Origin: Callorhinchus milii
Lineage: Eukaryota
Assembly (NCBI RefSeq): GCF_018977255.1
Contig: NW_024704743.1
Coordinates: 1,922,001 to 1,986,000 of the forward strand
Length of the DNA stretch: 64,000 bases
Direction: 5' to 3'
Positions within the stretch are counted from its first letter, which is position 1. Each line of letters begins with the position of its first letter. The notes below the pieces were generated by a model that searched no databases, was not told the DNA's origin, and worked only from the letters and a program-made list of their open reading frames with translations. Positions 34,956-48,900 of the stretch are shown here, one piece after another. Position numbers and translations under genes: made by a program.

Positions 34956-36084
34956 GGGAGACCGAGTAATCATTTTGTATGTGAAATAGCGCCTATTAAA
35001 TCGTCACGACTCAGAAGGCTGTCAAATACAAGGATTATGTATGTATTTGTAGTTGAAGGCACCAAATGAAGTGAATGTCACAGATGTAGCATCTTCCATC
35101 ACAATAGTAAATAAGGAAATATAAGCGTAAATATTATTATAATAATATAATTATTAATGACAATAGTAATACAGTTATTAACAACAATGACATAATATTG
35201 GTAACATTAATAGTTTAATATCAATAACAACAATAATACAATCAGTAATAACAACGGTATTGTTAGTAATAATATAATTCATAAGCTCTCAAAATAATAA
35301 TAAATTGGGCACTCGATGCACGGCTGTTTGTGGGGGACGCCGCTGTGCGCAATCGGCGGCCGCGTTTCGCCCCCAAAATACACAGTCACTGCACTTTACA
35401 GTATATTCTGTGAAGCGCTTTGAGACGTCTCGAAGACGTGATAAGGCGCTGTATCAAATGCGAGGGCTATTATTATTATTATTATTATTATTATTATCGA
35501 GTGAGCTGCTTGAATATCAACCTGGTGAGCCTGAGGTAAGAAATTGATCAGTCTGCTGCTCGGCACATGAAGAATTCTCCCAGCATCGAACTCTTGAACT
35601 ACAGTCAGGAGCCTGAACAAAGATTAGCACAAGCGCGGTCAAATCAAGTAACAAACCGTCGGAGGCAATTGGGTCAGGAGGACGTCAATGAAATAACGAC
35701 TCAGCGGTCTCACAAATGCATGAGACGGCCTGCAATAATTTAGTTATTTTGCGGTTGCAGGTCAATATGTTTCTTAACATATTTGATTTGTGCTCTTTTA
35801 AGACACTGGACTGGTTTATCCTTGAAATGCCTAACCACTCGTTGCTGCTCACTAAACAATAATAATAATAATAATAATAATAATCCTTGCATTTGATATA
35901 GCGCTTTTCACGTCGGGAGGACGTCCCAATATTTGTGGGCGAACGCAGCAGCGTTTTTTATCCGAATTGATTTTTGTTTGGTCATGTTAAGGTGGGGAAA
36001 TTTGCATTTTATACCAACTTTATCATTTAATTAAATCTATTGCATTGTTACCAGCAATCTAAAAACAGTACAATAAATGTAACA

Positions 36085-36405
36085 TCTTGTAGCTCAGTGG
36101 TTAGAGCACTCGCTTTGCAAGTGAGAGACCTGAGTTCAATTCCAGGCAGAGGGCGAAACCTCGGGCAAGTTTCCTTACTCCACACAGAGCCTAATAATAA
36201 TCCTCCAAAACCAAAAACAATAATAAATTGGTCATTTTCAATCCACGACTGTTTGTGGGACATTACTGTGCGCAATTGGCTGCCGCGTTCGCCCACAAAT
36301 ATACAGTCAATTCACTTTACAGTGTGTTCTGTGAAGCGCTTTGGGACGTCGAGAAGACGTGAAAAGTGCTATATCAAATGCAAGGATTATTATTATTATT
36401 ATTAC
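36085..36405 (+). mobile_element. DeuSINE internal-deletion subfamily copy
   Basis: CTCCACACAGAGCCTAATAATAATCC junction shared with 61660-61897(-). Confidence 0.8.
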
Positions 36406-36489
36406 TGTTACTGTCCAAGTGAATTGACTGTGTGCTTTGTGGGCGAAACGCGGCAGCCGATTGCGCACAGTTTCCCACAAAGCTTCACG

Positions 36490-36960
36490 CACATTCCGAG
36501 GGCGGAGGCAGAGAGATAGAGTCGGGTGTCATCCACGTCCATGTGGAAGTTGACCCCATGTCTAAAGATGATGTCACCAAGAGGGAAGCATGTACAAGTT
36601 GAAGAGGAGAGTGACCGGGGACAGAGCCCTGAGGAGCACCGCACGAGACGGTGCGGGGGATAGAGGAGAAGCCGTTTGAGGAGACGGTGCGAGAGGTAGG
36701 ATCTGAACCAGTCAAGGACAGAACCATGAAGGTTGTGGGTTGGGGGGGGGGCGAGAGGAGAGCCGATTGAGGAGGATAGATCGAGTGGTCAATGGCAGCA
36801 GAGAGATCAAGGAGGACGAGGAGACAGAGAGAGCCCCGGTCACGGATTGACGAAGTGCCATTTGTCACTTTGACCAGAGCTGTTCCTGAGCTGTGGGCGG
36901 CACGGAAACCCGACTGGAGGGGTTCGTAGAGGGAGTGGCGGGAGAGGAAGGAGCCCAGAT
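36490..36960 (-). mobile_element. LINE2 reverse transcriptase fragment (degenerate)
   Basis: LLVLLDLSAAIDH..., GAPQGSV, PLGDIIFRHGVNFHMDVDDTRLYLS (decayed YADD), split over several frames. Confidence 0.85.
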
Positions 36961-36977
36961 GGGAAGCAACGACTTTA

Positions 36978-37180
36978 GGTGTCAGCCTGGCTTAGTTTGG
37001 GCCTCTGAGTTAGGTCTGGCCCTTCAGCTGGACTTTAAAGATACCTCAGCCCTATTCAAAAAGAGAAGGGAGTTTATCCCAGTGTCCTGTTTACCAATTC
37101 CTCAGATAAAATTGATCACTGGCTTCATAGCTGCTTGTGGGACATTGCCGTGAAGCAAATTGGCTGCCGATTCACCTACA
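36978..37180 (+). mobile_element. Old DeuSINE (SacSINE1-like) relic
   Basis: GGTGTCAGCCTGGCTTAGTT head, GAGTTTATCCCAGTGTCCTG, GCTGCTTGTGGGACATTGCCGTG..CAAATTGGCTGCC. Confidence 0.6.
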
Positions 37181-40100
37181 GTAACCTAATAACTAATTCC
37201 TTGTTCTATTGTTGTAGAGCGCTTTATGTCACAACATTTTTACAATAATTCCCGCGACGTGCTTTGAGATGTGATAAAGTGCTTCTTTGGGTTATAGCTG
37301 ATTCAGAGTGAAATTTCAATTGCAATTGAAAGGGACATTCCAACAGACGTCAATCTGTGGACACACCATATCAGCGTAAAGTAGACACACTGTGTCCACG
37401 GACTGGTCTGCAATGTGCTTTTCACGCATGAGGAGAGGGTTTGGGGACTGAAAGGCAAGGTTCACCCAGTCACCTTTTAAAGTCAAAGACGTGAAATGCA
37501 CTTTGGCAAATGATTGTCTGTAAACCCAAGGATTTTATACTTTGGACACAGAAGGTATACTAATCGTGTGATACACCTTGAGCTCAGGGGAAAGAGCACG
37601 CGCCTCGCAAGCGAGAGGACCCAGTTTTGATTCCCGGGCAGGTCGGGGTGAAACATTGGGCAAGTTTCCTTACTCCACACACATGCTTCTGTTTACCTAA
37701 CAGTAAGTAGGATCTCAGTGGTTAGTCGATTGGCGTATCGCTTTTCCGTGCTTAATAATCCCTTTTAAAAAATAATTTGGTCACTTCAACCCACGGCTGT
37801 TTGTGGGGGGACGCTGCTGTGCGCAATCGGCTGCTGCGTTTTGCCCACAAAATATGCAGTCAATTCACTTCACAGTGTATCCTGTGAAGCGCTTTGAGAT
37901 GTCTCGAAGACGTGATAAGGCGCTGTATCAAATGCCAGGATTATTATTGTTATTAAACCTTTGTTATTATTACTATCTTGTTCCATTCTTGTTGGGCCAA
38001 ATGACCGTATCTCTGTACCTTGTCAAGCGATGTAGGTGAAGAACACACCCTTTGATCTTCAGGTGCTGTGTCTTCCCTTAGGCAACACTATAAAGCTTGG
38101 TTCTACTTCAAAGTACACAAGACAAGTTGTAGCCTTTCAGCTCCTGATCAGTGGTCATTAAGTCCGAGAACTTGACACTTGATTGACTATAACCTGATGT
38201 ACATGGACATCTTATCCATTTGAAATTCATCAAGGGCAAAAGATCACAAGAGAGATTTAGACAAAGAAAGTTCTTTGCCCTTTTGATCTCATTCTGCCGT
38301 CTTCCCTCCACGCACAGTAGCGCCTCAGAGTGCTTAACAGTGACGGAGCCTGACTCCAAGCCAGTGGGGCTGCGGTTGCGTGGGGTGGGGGGGAGAGGGG
38401 TGACCGGAAGCCGGTCAAAAAGGACGGTCTTCAGGCGGGACTTGGAAAAGGGGAGAGAAGGAGCAAAGCGGAGGGATTGAGGGAGATGTTCCACTCTTTA
38501 CAGTATATTCTGTGAAGGGCTTTGAGACGTCTCGGAGATGTGATAAAGCGCTGTGTCAAATGCCAGGATTATTATTATTATTATATAACAGAGAGCAAAT
38601 CCATTCAGGCCAGCGAGGTGAACCTGTTGATGGCTGCTCCACTCGAGCCGACCTCTTTAATCCCAATTCTCTGCCCTTTCCCCCCCCTCCCCCGGACCCC
38701 CTCACGTTGTCAACAGCAGATCAGACAACGTCGGGAAGACAGACAGACAGAAGTAGGTTGAGTTTAATAACCGCTGCCCTTCATCAGAAGTGGGTTTCCA
38801 ACAGTTCTGTATCTTTTGACAAGTGCAAAATCCGCAGCTATTCCTGTTGACTAATAGATTTGGGACCTGATGGATTCCACTCCCCGCTGAGTAAATCAGA
38901 GTCCCCATTGTGCTGGTTGATTAGTGCTAATGAGAATTCAGGTAGCCTGCGATGGATTCCCCTTGTTAAAATTCCTCCATTGCTGAGATAACCAACACTT
39001 CAATCTCCTCTTTAACAATGACCAATTTTGCCAAGGAGACCTGTAATGGAAAACGACTGAAACACTGATACAATATATTTCGACGCGACACATTGTGTAG
39101 CAGATACCGAAACGCAGAATAGTCTTAGCCTTTAAGATCATTTTGCCGTCCTTCAGATGAGACGTTAAACCCAGGTCCTGTCTTTGCCTGCTCAGGTGGA
39201 CGTTAAAGTTCCCACAGCGCTGTTCGAAGAGGAACAGGAGTTTATCCTGGTGTCCTGGGCCGGCAATCCCCTATATAATAACAAATGATAATAATCCTGG
39301 CGTTTGATACAGCGCCTGATCACGTCTTCGAGACGTCTCAAAGCGCTTCACAGGACACGCTGTAAAGTGAATTGACTGGGTACAATTCCCGGGCAGGGCG
39401 AAACGTTGGGCAAGCTTCCTTACTCCTTACAAATGCCTCTGTTTGCCTAGAAGTAAGTAGGAACCCGGATGTTAGTCGACTTGGGGGTCGCTTACCGGGG
39501 ATAATAATTCCTTTCAAAAAAAAATTGGTCACTCAATCCACGACTGGTTGCGGGACACCGCTGTGCGCAATTGGCTGCCGCGTTTCACCCACACTTCACA
39601 GTGTATCCCGTGAAGCACTTTGAGACGTCTCGAAGACTTGATAAGGCGCTGTGTCAAATGCAAGGATTACTGTTATTATTATTATAATTTGTTCACGTCT
39701 GTATTATTTTCTTTTCAGTGCCATTGCATTCTGCAAGTGACCTTTGTCAGATTGGGAGGATATGTGCGTGTGTGTGTGTGTAAAAAACAACAGCAAAACC
39801 AATAGGTTTAATGTGCTGTGAATAATTACCTGACATTGTGGTGCTGCATCCAACATTGTCCACCAGAGGTTAACACAAACCTTGGTCACGTTTTCCGATA
39901 ATTGGAACTTGATTCATTTGAGAAATTGACAGACTGTTGAGTTGATCCGCAGGAGACACGGTAATATGTTTTTTGCTGAACTCATCTCTGTTTGCCGCAT
40001 TCGATGTCAGTGTCCCACAAACAGTCGTGGATCGAGTGACCAATTTATTACTTTAGTTATTATTTTTTTGAAGGGATTATTATCCCCCGGAAAAGCGATC

Positions 40101-40908
40101 CCCCAATCGACTAACAACCGGGTTCCTGCTGACTGCTGGTAAACAGAGGCGTGTGTGTGTGTGTGTGGAGTAAGGAAACTTGCCCAACATTTCGCCCTGA
40201 CCTGCCCGGGAATCGAACCCGGGTCCTCTCGCTTGGGAGGCGAGGGCTCTAACCACTGAGTTACAGGACTCCACACGATTTGTTCCACACAGGATTTCAA
40301 CACGGGATTTCTCAAGTGAGCAATCTGAAGTCCATGAGGCAACAGGAGCTGGGGATGGATATCCAGGTCAGAAAGTAACAAGTAGGAAATTATAGCCACA
40401 TCGCTGGAGACACGAAGGAAATAATTTGCTCAGTTATTGAAAGCAGACAGAAGGCTTGCCCTGGCAGAATGGTTCACCCTTAGACACTCGCAGATCACAG
40501 GGTAGCTACTCTGATATAATGTTGGGGGAGCACTTTACTGTAACATCCACCCGGGGGTAAGAAATCGAGTGAGGTCTCGTGGCAATTCAGTGATGGGCTT
40601 GGCCACCTCTGAGATGCTATTCTGCGTGACGGGCAATCTGTAAATGCAAGTTGTCGTCACAATTTAGCCCCCCACCCCCCCGCCCCCCACTCTGTGATTG
40701 ATCTAGTCAGTCCGGTTCCTGAGCCAGGAGGGGCCACAGTATTCCAGGGCACTCACTGCTGATGGCAGCTCAGCCCGGCCCTGGCTCATCCACCGGAAGG
40801 ACCTGGAAAGGCCGACAGGGAGGTTTAATGTGCTGTGAATAATTACCTGACATGGTGGTGCTGCAGGGAATCCTCCCTCTCAGCTCCTGTTAACCCCGCA
40901 GCGAAAGC

Positions 40909-40942
<34 letters not shown>

Positions 40943-41079
40943 GGGGAGGGTGGTCCCAGCTGGACAAGCAGCGGGAAAGCTTTGCTGGACAGTGCTCTGA
41001 ATCCCAACTTCTGTGGTTTCTGCTTGTTCAATTCCAACAGCACCCAAGTGCGCACTGTGAGGTAACTTGGGCCCTAATA

Positions 41080-41218
41080 AGAACGTAGGAACATAGGAAT
41101 TAGGAGCAGGTGTAGGCCATTCAGCCCCTCGAGTCTGCCCCGCCGTTCAATAAGGTCATGGCTGATCTTCTAACCTAACTCCATCTGCCCGCCTTATCCC
41201 CATATCCCTCAATGCTCT
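41080..41218 (-). mobile_element. CR1 3' UTR
   Basis: Reverse complement of GATCAGCCATGA...GAGGGGCTGAATGGCCTAC.CCTGCTCCTAATTCCTATGTTCCTA. Confidence 0.75.
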
Positions 41219-42572
41219 CCAGCAGCAGCAGAAGATTCTTCTGTCCGGTTCCTCGCCATCATTCAAGAAGCATAAAAACACCGTTGTGCTAAAGCTCTGT
41301 CAAAAAGAGACAGGACCCAACTCCGAATGTTACATGACAACATCATCGCGGGTTTGGAAGCGCCGAAAAAATACCCAGTAAGAAATCTGCCGAAATAAAT
41401 AAGAAAGGCAAAAACAAAACAAATCCAAGACAAAGGCGCACGAACCCTTCCACGGGATACTGTTGATCTTTTGATCTGGCAATGCTACTCGGTCTTAACT
41501 GTTTGTGGGGACGCTGCTGTTGGCTGCCAAGTTTCGCCCACAAAACAGTACAGTCAATTCACTTTACAGTGTACCCTGTGAAGGGCCTGTGACACCTTTT
41601 GAAGACTCGATGAGGCGCTGTGACAAATGCAAGGATGATTATCATTATTAACTCCGGTCAGTCTTTGGCATTTCCTGGCTTGTGACCAGTGAAGCACTCA
41701 AAGTTTGGCCACCGCGTCCGCATCAGTTGTCCGTCCACTTTACAATTCCGCTTGTGTCTAAGAGCAACGATTTTGTTGTCAAATCAATCTCCAGTGGAGG
41801 CGAGGGGTAGGGCGGTGGGGGGGTTAACACGTAATCCCTGCCCACTCCCCCAAACCCCCCCCCAACCCCTCCCTCTCGCAAAATAAAAATGTGTTCACTC
41901 AACCCACGGCTGTTTGTGGGGACGCTGCTGTGTGTAATTGGCTGCCGCGTGTCGCCCACAAAATACACATAGTCACTACACTTCGCAGTATATTTTGTGA
42001 AGCTATATTTTGCGAGACGACATGATAAGGTGTTATGTCAGAGGCAAGGATTATTATTATTATTATTATAGGTTCAATCAGATGATAAGCAATATCGCGT
42101 CCCTACCTTACATTAGTGTAGCAATAAGCAGGACGGGACTTCTGTTCGCTGGTCTGGTTTAAGAGTGTGTGTTTAGTTAGTCAGTGGGCGTTGGGCCTGG
42201 GAGGGGGGGTGGGCGAGGAAAAGAGAGAAGATGAAAGAAGTGACAATTATTTTTGATCTGTTTGCGCTGCGAACCCAGCTGTCAGGGACAGTTCCGAGTG
42301 TTGCATTTACTGAGCTCACAAGAGTTCGGTTCATTTTCTCAAAGAGTTTTCAGTGACAAAGGAGCACCTCACACTCTAACCTGTGCCCATTATCCCGAGT
42401 CGGATAATAACAATAACAATAATAATAATAATAATAATAATAACAGCAGTCAACTGCGCACAGCAGCGTCCCCACAAGCAGCCGTGGATTGAGTAACCAA
42501 ATTATTATTAGTACTGTAGGTCTTTTTTGAGGGATTATTACCCCCGGAAAGCATGACTGCTGGTAAACAGAG

Positions 42573-42605
<33 letters not shown>

Positions 42606-45600
42606 GAGTAAGGAAACTTGCCCAACGTTTCGCCCCGACCTGACCGAGAATCAAACCCCTGGTCCTCTCGCAATTAGGGAAGCAGAGTGGGTCCCTCCGG
42701 GAAGAGAGTGTGCGTTCCATTCCAGACACCGTGACATTTCCAAGGTGTAGGTGCCATAGACATGTAGAGCTCTCAGTCAGGCTCGGATACTCTTGAGGCA
42801 CAGTGATGGGCTTCAGACACCCGGCCAGCTGACAATGCTCCAAATCAAATCAGTTGGCCGTTTGTGGATGTTAAGATGTTACCCTGCACTATATAAGTGC
42901 AAGTTGTTGTTGTTGTTGCTGCAGTACAAATACACAGTCCTCCCGACAGGACAGGCGCTGTATCAAATACATTGTGTGTGTTTTTTTTGGCCCAACAGTA
43001 AACTTGGGATTAGTACCTGATTCCACGTTAAATTATCCATTTAAGAAATCCTGCAGATTAGACTCCCGTGTCTTAGTTTGACGCGATACGAATAGCTTTG
43101 CCGCCTGTCTCGAGGCCCTTCACGGGATACACTGTAAAGTGAATCCCCCAATTTACTCTATGATCCAGAGGTGACCTGCTGAGCCAAGGCAACAACAACA
43201 ACAACGACAGCAACTTGCATTTATATAGCACACTTCACTTGGGGGGTAGCGTCCTGGAGCCCTTACTTAAACGTGATTCCCCCAATATTAGACGAGCGAG
43301 CGACGCTTACGACAGGCTTTAGAGCTCTTCAGTTGCAGAGCAAACACATCAGAGGTGAGCGACCTTACGGAGGTGTTTAAATGTTAAATGGCACCGGGGG
43401 AAAAAAGTCAACCCGAAACAATACTCAAGCAGGCACCAAGATAGCAGAGCAAAAGGACATCGTTTAGAAAGCGTTCCTTTCAAGAGGGGATAATTAACGA
43501 CTGGCAGTAAGTGTGGTTTGAGGGCCAGGCTGCTGAGATTCATTTACATTAAGAAAACACACAGCTTGATGTGTGACACGGGGGCGGTTGTGTGGGCGGA
43601 AGGATGAGATCAAATGGTAGAAGGAGTTTCTTCACTCTGAACAAATCTTGTAAGCTTGTGAGTTCCACGGCTTTTCAACTCGCTTTCAAATCACTTTATG
43701 CCCTGGCACCTCCCTCTCTACCTCTCCGACCTGCTTACCCCACCCCACCCCCATCTCCCTCTGCTCCCCCACTCCACCATCAGCTGCTTCCGCTCGGCCG
43801 GCTCTGGCCTCCCGTTCGTCCCTCGCCAATTCACTTTGCGGTATATTCCGCGAAGCGCTTTGGGACGTCTCGAAGCCGTGATGAGGCGCTGTATCAAATT
43901 CAAGCTTTATTCTTATTTATTCTCTTAAGATACACAGTCACTACACTTCACAGCATAATGCCTGCGAAGTGCTTTCACCGATAACAAGTGAATAACGCTG
44001 TATATCAAACGTAAGGAATATTACCGTTATTGTACTTCCCGCGCATGACTGTGTTCCAAGGCAATCCACGCTGATCCGATCTAAAGAAAGACCACTTGGG
44101 TCAGGGAGGAAAATCAAGTGGTTTTTTTTTAAAAAGAATCTCAGGACTCAGTAACTTTTCCAAGTTACTCACTTCCACATGAGGCAATTTATTCTTCAGC
44201 CACGAATGATAATTCTCTGTGGTATCAGCGGAAGGCATTGAAAACCCAATATATACTGGAAGAGGCTTGATTCCGCCAATGCACAAGTTACCCTGAGAGC
44301 CAAATGACCCTATTAAATGGCATTAAATTAATGGACTGGAGTATGACGAACATGAAGGTCTAAATATTACCCTTTCCAGTGGCTGCTCTACCGTGTCTAA
44401 TATCTAATGTCTGACACCAATGTGGGGTGATTAAACTATCAATTTGCCAATATATATGCTGATTTAGATTCCCTGCTTTAAACTAGGGGACTTTTTTTTT
44501 AGTACCATATGAGCAAAATAGGGGGTGACTGCTTCGCGAGCATTAAATTATATTCACTGTCAGTGCGATTGCATTACTGATTTTTGTTCTTGCCCCAAAA
44601 AAAGACATTTGGGAAAATCGTTTGGATCTTATAACAATAAATTATCCTTGCATTTGACTTTCACGTCGGGAAGACATCTCAAAGGGCTTCAAAGACTTTC
44701 TTCGAAAGTGAGTCACCTTGACTTTATTTTGTAAGAGAACGTGGCAACCAATTTGCTCACTTTTTTTTTGCACAAGCGAGAGGACCCGGGTTCGATTCCC
44801 GGGCAGGTCAGGGCGAAACATTGGGCAAGTTTCCTCACTCCACACACACACACACACACGCGCCTCTGTTTACCGGCAGTCAGCAGGAACCCGGTTATTA
44901 GTCGATTGGTGGATCGCTTTTCTCGGGGGGTAATAATTCCTTCAAAAAAAAATCAATCCACGGCTGTTTGTGGGGACGCTGCCATACGCAATTGGCTGCC
45001 GCGTTTCACCCACAAAACATACAGATAATTCACTTCACAGTGTATCCCGTGAAGCACTTTGAGACGTCTCGAAGACATGATAAGGCACTGTATCAAATGC
45101 CAGGATTATTATTATTGTTGTTATTCCTCTTATCATTATTATTATTGTTGTTGTAAGGGCACTTGACAATTAGCTGATTGTGTTGATGTTGCAGTGACGA
45201 ACACTCAGTAATAGGGAGTTGCTGTGGTGCTCAGGATTATTATTTATTATGATGCAAAGAAGTTTAGCTCAATTGCGCTTCAGGACTTGAACAGTCAGAG
45301 TTAGCGTGAGAACATCATTCAAAAATCCTTTAGCAAGCCGTGACTTTCAGATTCAAGCCTCCTGAGGCACCGTGATTCAAGTAATGTCAGAAGAAGAAAC
45401 ACCAGACATCAAGGATACAAGATCACAGTCGCGAGCGATTCCAACGCCTGTTACCAAAGGTCCCAGGAGAGTTTTGTCTGTTGCCTTGATATTGTCACCA
45501 TGATGTCAGACCATTCGTTAGCTTAAAAGTATAATACCTCCGATTCTAACCCTGCTTATTAAATCAACCCAGAGCGATGTCATATCTTTTCCCTCAGTAA

Positions 45601-48527
45601 TCAGACGAGTTGTTCAGAATGGAATACTGTGCTTTTTAAGTGGAGCATGAAGCACAGATCACATACGATCCAGCAGAATGCCGGAACAGGCTCGAGGGGC
45701 TGAATGGCCTCCTCCTCTTCCTATGTTCCCTCTGTTCTCGGGTTTCCGACTTTACATTTAGGCTAAACAGAATAAGTTGGTCTTTTTTTTGTAGTCCAGG
45801 GTTTGACAGTGTAGTTAGTCCCACTGTTGGCTGCACCTTTAAAACCCAACAGTGCAGAAGTTTTGATCAACGCTGATGACACAAACACTAATTACCACAA
45901 ACAATATTGATTTAGAATGACAACCAAACATCACAAAGTATCTCTGAATCCACTTAGAATCAGGAACTGACTGTGAAGGAAGCTTACTTATTAGCTTCCT
46001 CACTAACGTGAGGATTACACAAAAAAAAATTGGGTCACTCAAACCAATTCACTTTACAGTATATTCTGTGAAGCGCTTTGAGACGTCTCGACGACCTGAT
46101 ACACTGCAAAGTGAATTGACTGTATATTTTGTGGGTGAAACGCGGCGGCCAATCGCACACAGCAGCGTCCCCACAAACGGGTGGAGTTTGATGGGGAAAT
46201 ATAAGAGACTTTTCTTTGACCGAGGCGTGGGGGGGGGAGACGGGGAGAGGTTGTGTTCAAGACCCTATGAATCATGAGGCAGATGGAACATGAATTAGTG
46301 AATCAGTTGATAAAAGGGACAGTGACCTGGAGATAAATCAGAAATTGTGAATTGGGAACGTTTGGGCCATTTTGACAGGATTCCTCAATCCTTTCAAATA
46401 TAATTTTGAATTAAAATGTTTTATTTGTTATGTCGAAACGTCACAGTACCTTTTGAAGTTCGAACTCTCCAAGTTACTAATCACCTGAGCAAAAATATTC
46501 CTGATTTAGACCACTATAGTGATAGGCTTCTTGTTAACTGTATGTTTCTATTTCCTTCAAGTTTTCGAAGGAGAAGAAATACTGACATTGGCTTTCTCCT
46601 TATGTTGATTAATGTTTTCCCCAATTGTTTTCCCTCAATATAATAACAATTTGCATCCAGATAAGTCCTGTATCTCAGTGGTTAGAGCGCTCACCTCACA
46701 AATGAGAGGACCCTGGTTCGATTCCCGGGCAGAGCGAAACGTTGGGCAAGTTTCCACACACATGCCTCTGTTTACCAGCAGTCAGTAGGAATCAGTTGTT
46801 AGTTGATTGGTGGATCGCTTTTTCTGGGGGCATAAAAAATAATAATTTGGTCACTCAGTCCACGACTGTTTGCAGGACGCTGCTGTGCGCAATTTGGCTG
46901 CCGGGTTTCGCCCACAAAATACCGTCAATTCGCTTTACAGTATCTTCTGTGAAGCGCTTTGAGACCTCTTAAAGACGTGATAAGGCACCATGTCAAATGC
47001 AATTATTATTAGTAGTATTATTACATAATTCCCCGTATTACATATAATACAATTTTAACAGCCGATTTTTAACAGCTCATTAATTAAGAGCTCTCGGCTC
47101 ACAATTTGCACCTGAGTTATTTCTTTCTAATTTGGATTAAATTCTGAATCGAAGCCCTTGCCTGGACAGATTGCTGTTTGCAGGCACAGTGGGTACCAGC
47201 GAAATCGCCATCATCTCCTTTGACAAGTTCCCTTTATCTTCGGTGCTGGTAACAGGATGAGTTGGCGTCAGAAGCTTGTTAAAGAGGCTCGAGCCTGGAC
47301 GCATGAGAGCAAGTGCTGAACGCGAATGAATCCTCTGAGACTGCGCTGCTGAGTTGGTCTCTTTCCCGGCAGTGCCATGTTGTTGTTAAGGATGATGAAC
47401 GTATCTGCTATTGCAAAGCCTCGTGTTTACAATGCAATCGCAAGGCAAAGTCTCGGAGCAGCCGTGGAGTGAGCTGAACGATCACTTAATACAGCACGGA
47501 GACAGGCCACTCAGCCTGTGACGGTATTCACACTCCACGCAAGTCTCCATTCCACTCCTCACTCCCCCCCACACCCCTCTGTTCCCCTCACCCTCACGAG
47601 AAATATTCTAGCATCGTCTTGAATATATCCGATTCAAACCACTGGCAGCGAGTTCCACAATCTCACTACCCTCTGCAAGAAGTAGCTCCCCCTAAATTCT
47701 CTTCTAGATCTGATATTTGTGACCCCCGGTTACAGACTCCCCAATCGGTGGAAACGGCCTATTTTGGGTCTTGCTGGGAATCGAACCTGGTGCTCTCGCT
47801 TGCGAGGCGAGTGCTGTTACCACTGAGCTACAAGACTCCAATGTTTATGTTCATCTAAGGGCTAGTTTCTCTCAGCCCTGAAATGCCAAATCTAGCACAA
47901 AAAAAAAGCCTAACCTCTCTAGCCTCCCCTGGTATCATTCGCTTAAGAGGAACGATAGATAATGTAATGTTCCTCCCATTGTCAAGTGCTGCGTGACTTT
48001 TTTAACTACAATCAAGCCAATAGTCTCTCGTTCTATATTTCTACACATAGCCCTGGGCGATAAATGAAATACCAGAAAATTGTTCTTTGATGCATATTTT
48101 GTAGATTTAATTCAGATCTTTTAAACTCACGAATACTTGAAGGGATTCCGATGTTCAACAAGAGATAAATGGAGTTCAAGTCAGATGTACTGTTTATGGA
48201 TGCATGAATAATAACAATCCTCGCATTTGATATAGTTGCAAGACGTCTCATAGCGCTTCACAGAATATACTGCAAAGTGCATTGACTGTATATTTGGGGG
48301 GCGAAACGCGGCAGCCGATTGCGCACAGCAGCGTCCCCCCACAAACCGCCGTTGTTTCTTTTACAATGAATTGGAGGATTTGCCAGTCTACGATTACAGT
48401 CCGGGGATTCTTAAGGGAAAGGAAAAAAATCCTATTAGAGATCAGTGATGAGAAGCATCCAGGAGGCTGTGAGCTCATCTCAGGAGCATTACATATTGAA
48501 TAGTAAATTAGCGATGGTGTTGGGGCT

Positions 48528-48900
48528 AATAATAATACTAATTCTTGCATTTGATACAGCGCCTTATCAAATCTTCAAGACGTCTCAAAGAGCTTCACAG
48601 AATATACAGTGAATTCACTGTGTGTTATGTGGGTGCAACGTGACAGCCAATTGCACACAGCGGCGTCTCACAAACAGCCGTGGATTAAGTATCAAATTAA
48701 TATATTTTTTAAGCAATTATAACCCCGGAAAAGTGATCACCATCGACTAACAAGCGGGTTCCTACTGACTGCTGGTAAACAGAGGCGTGTGCGTGGAGCG
48801 AGGAAACTTGCCCAATGTCTCGCCCTGACCTGCCCGGGAATCGAACCCGGGTCCTCTCGCTCGCGAGGCGAGGGCTCTAACCCCTGAGCTCCAGGACTCC
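48528..48900 (-). mobile_element. Young DeuSINE, full length
   Basis: Head, body and tail. Confidence 0.88.
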
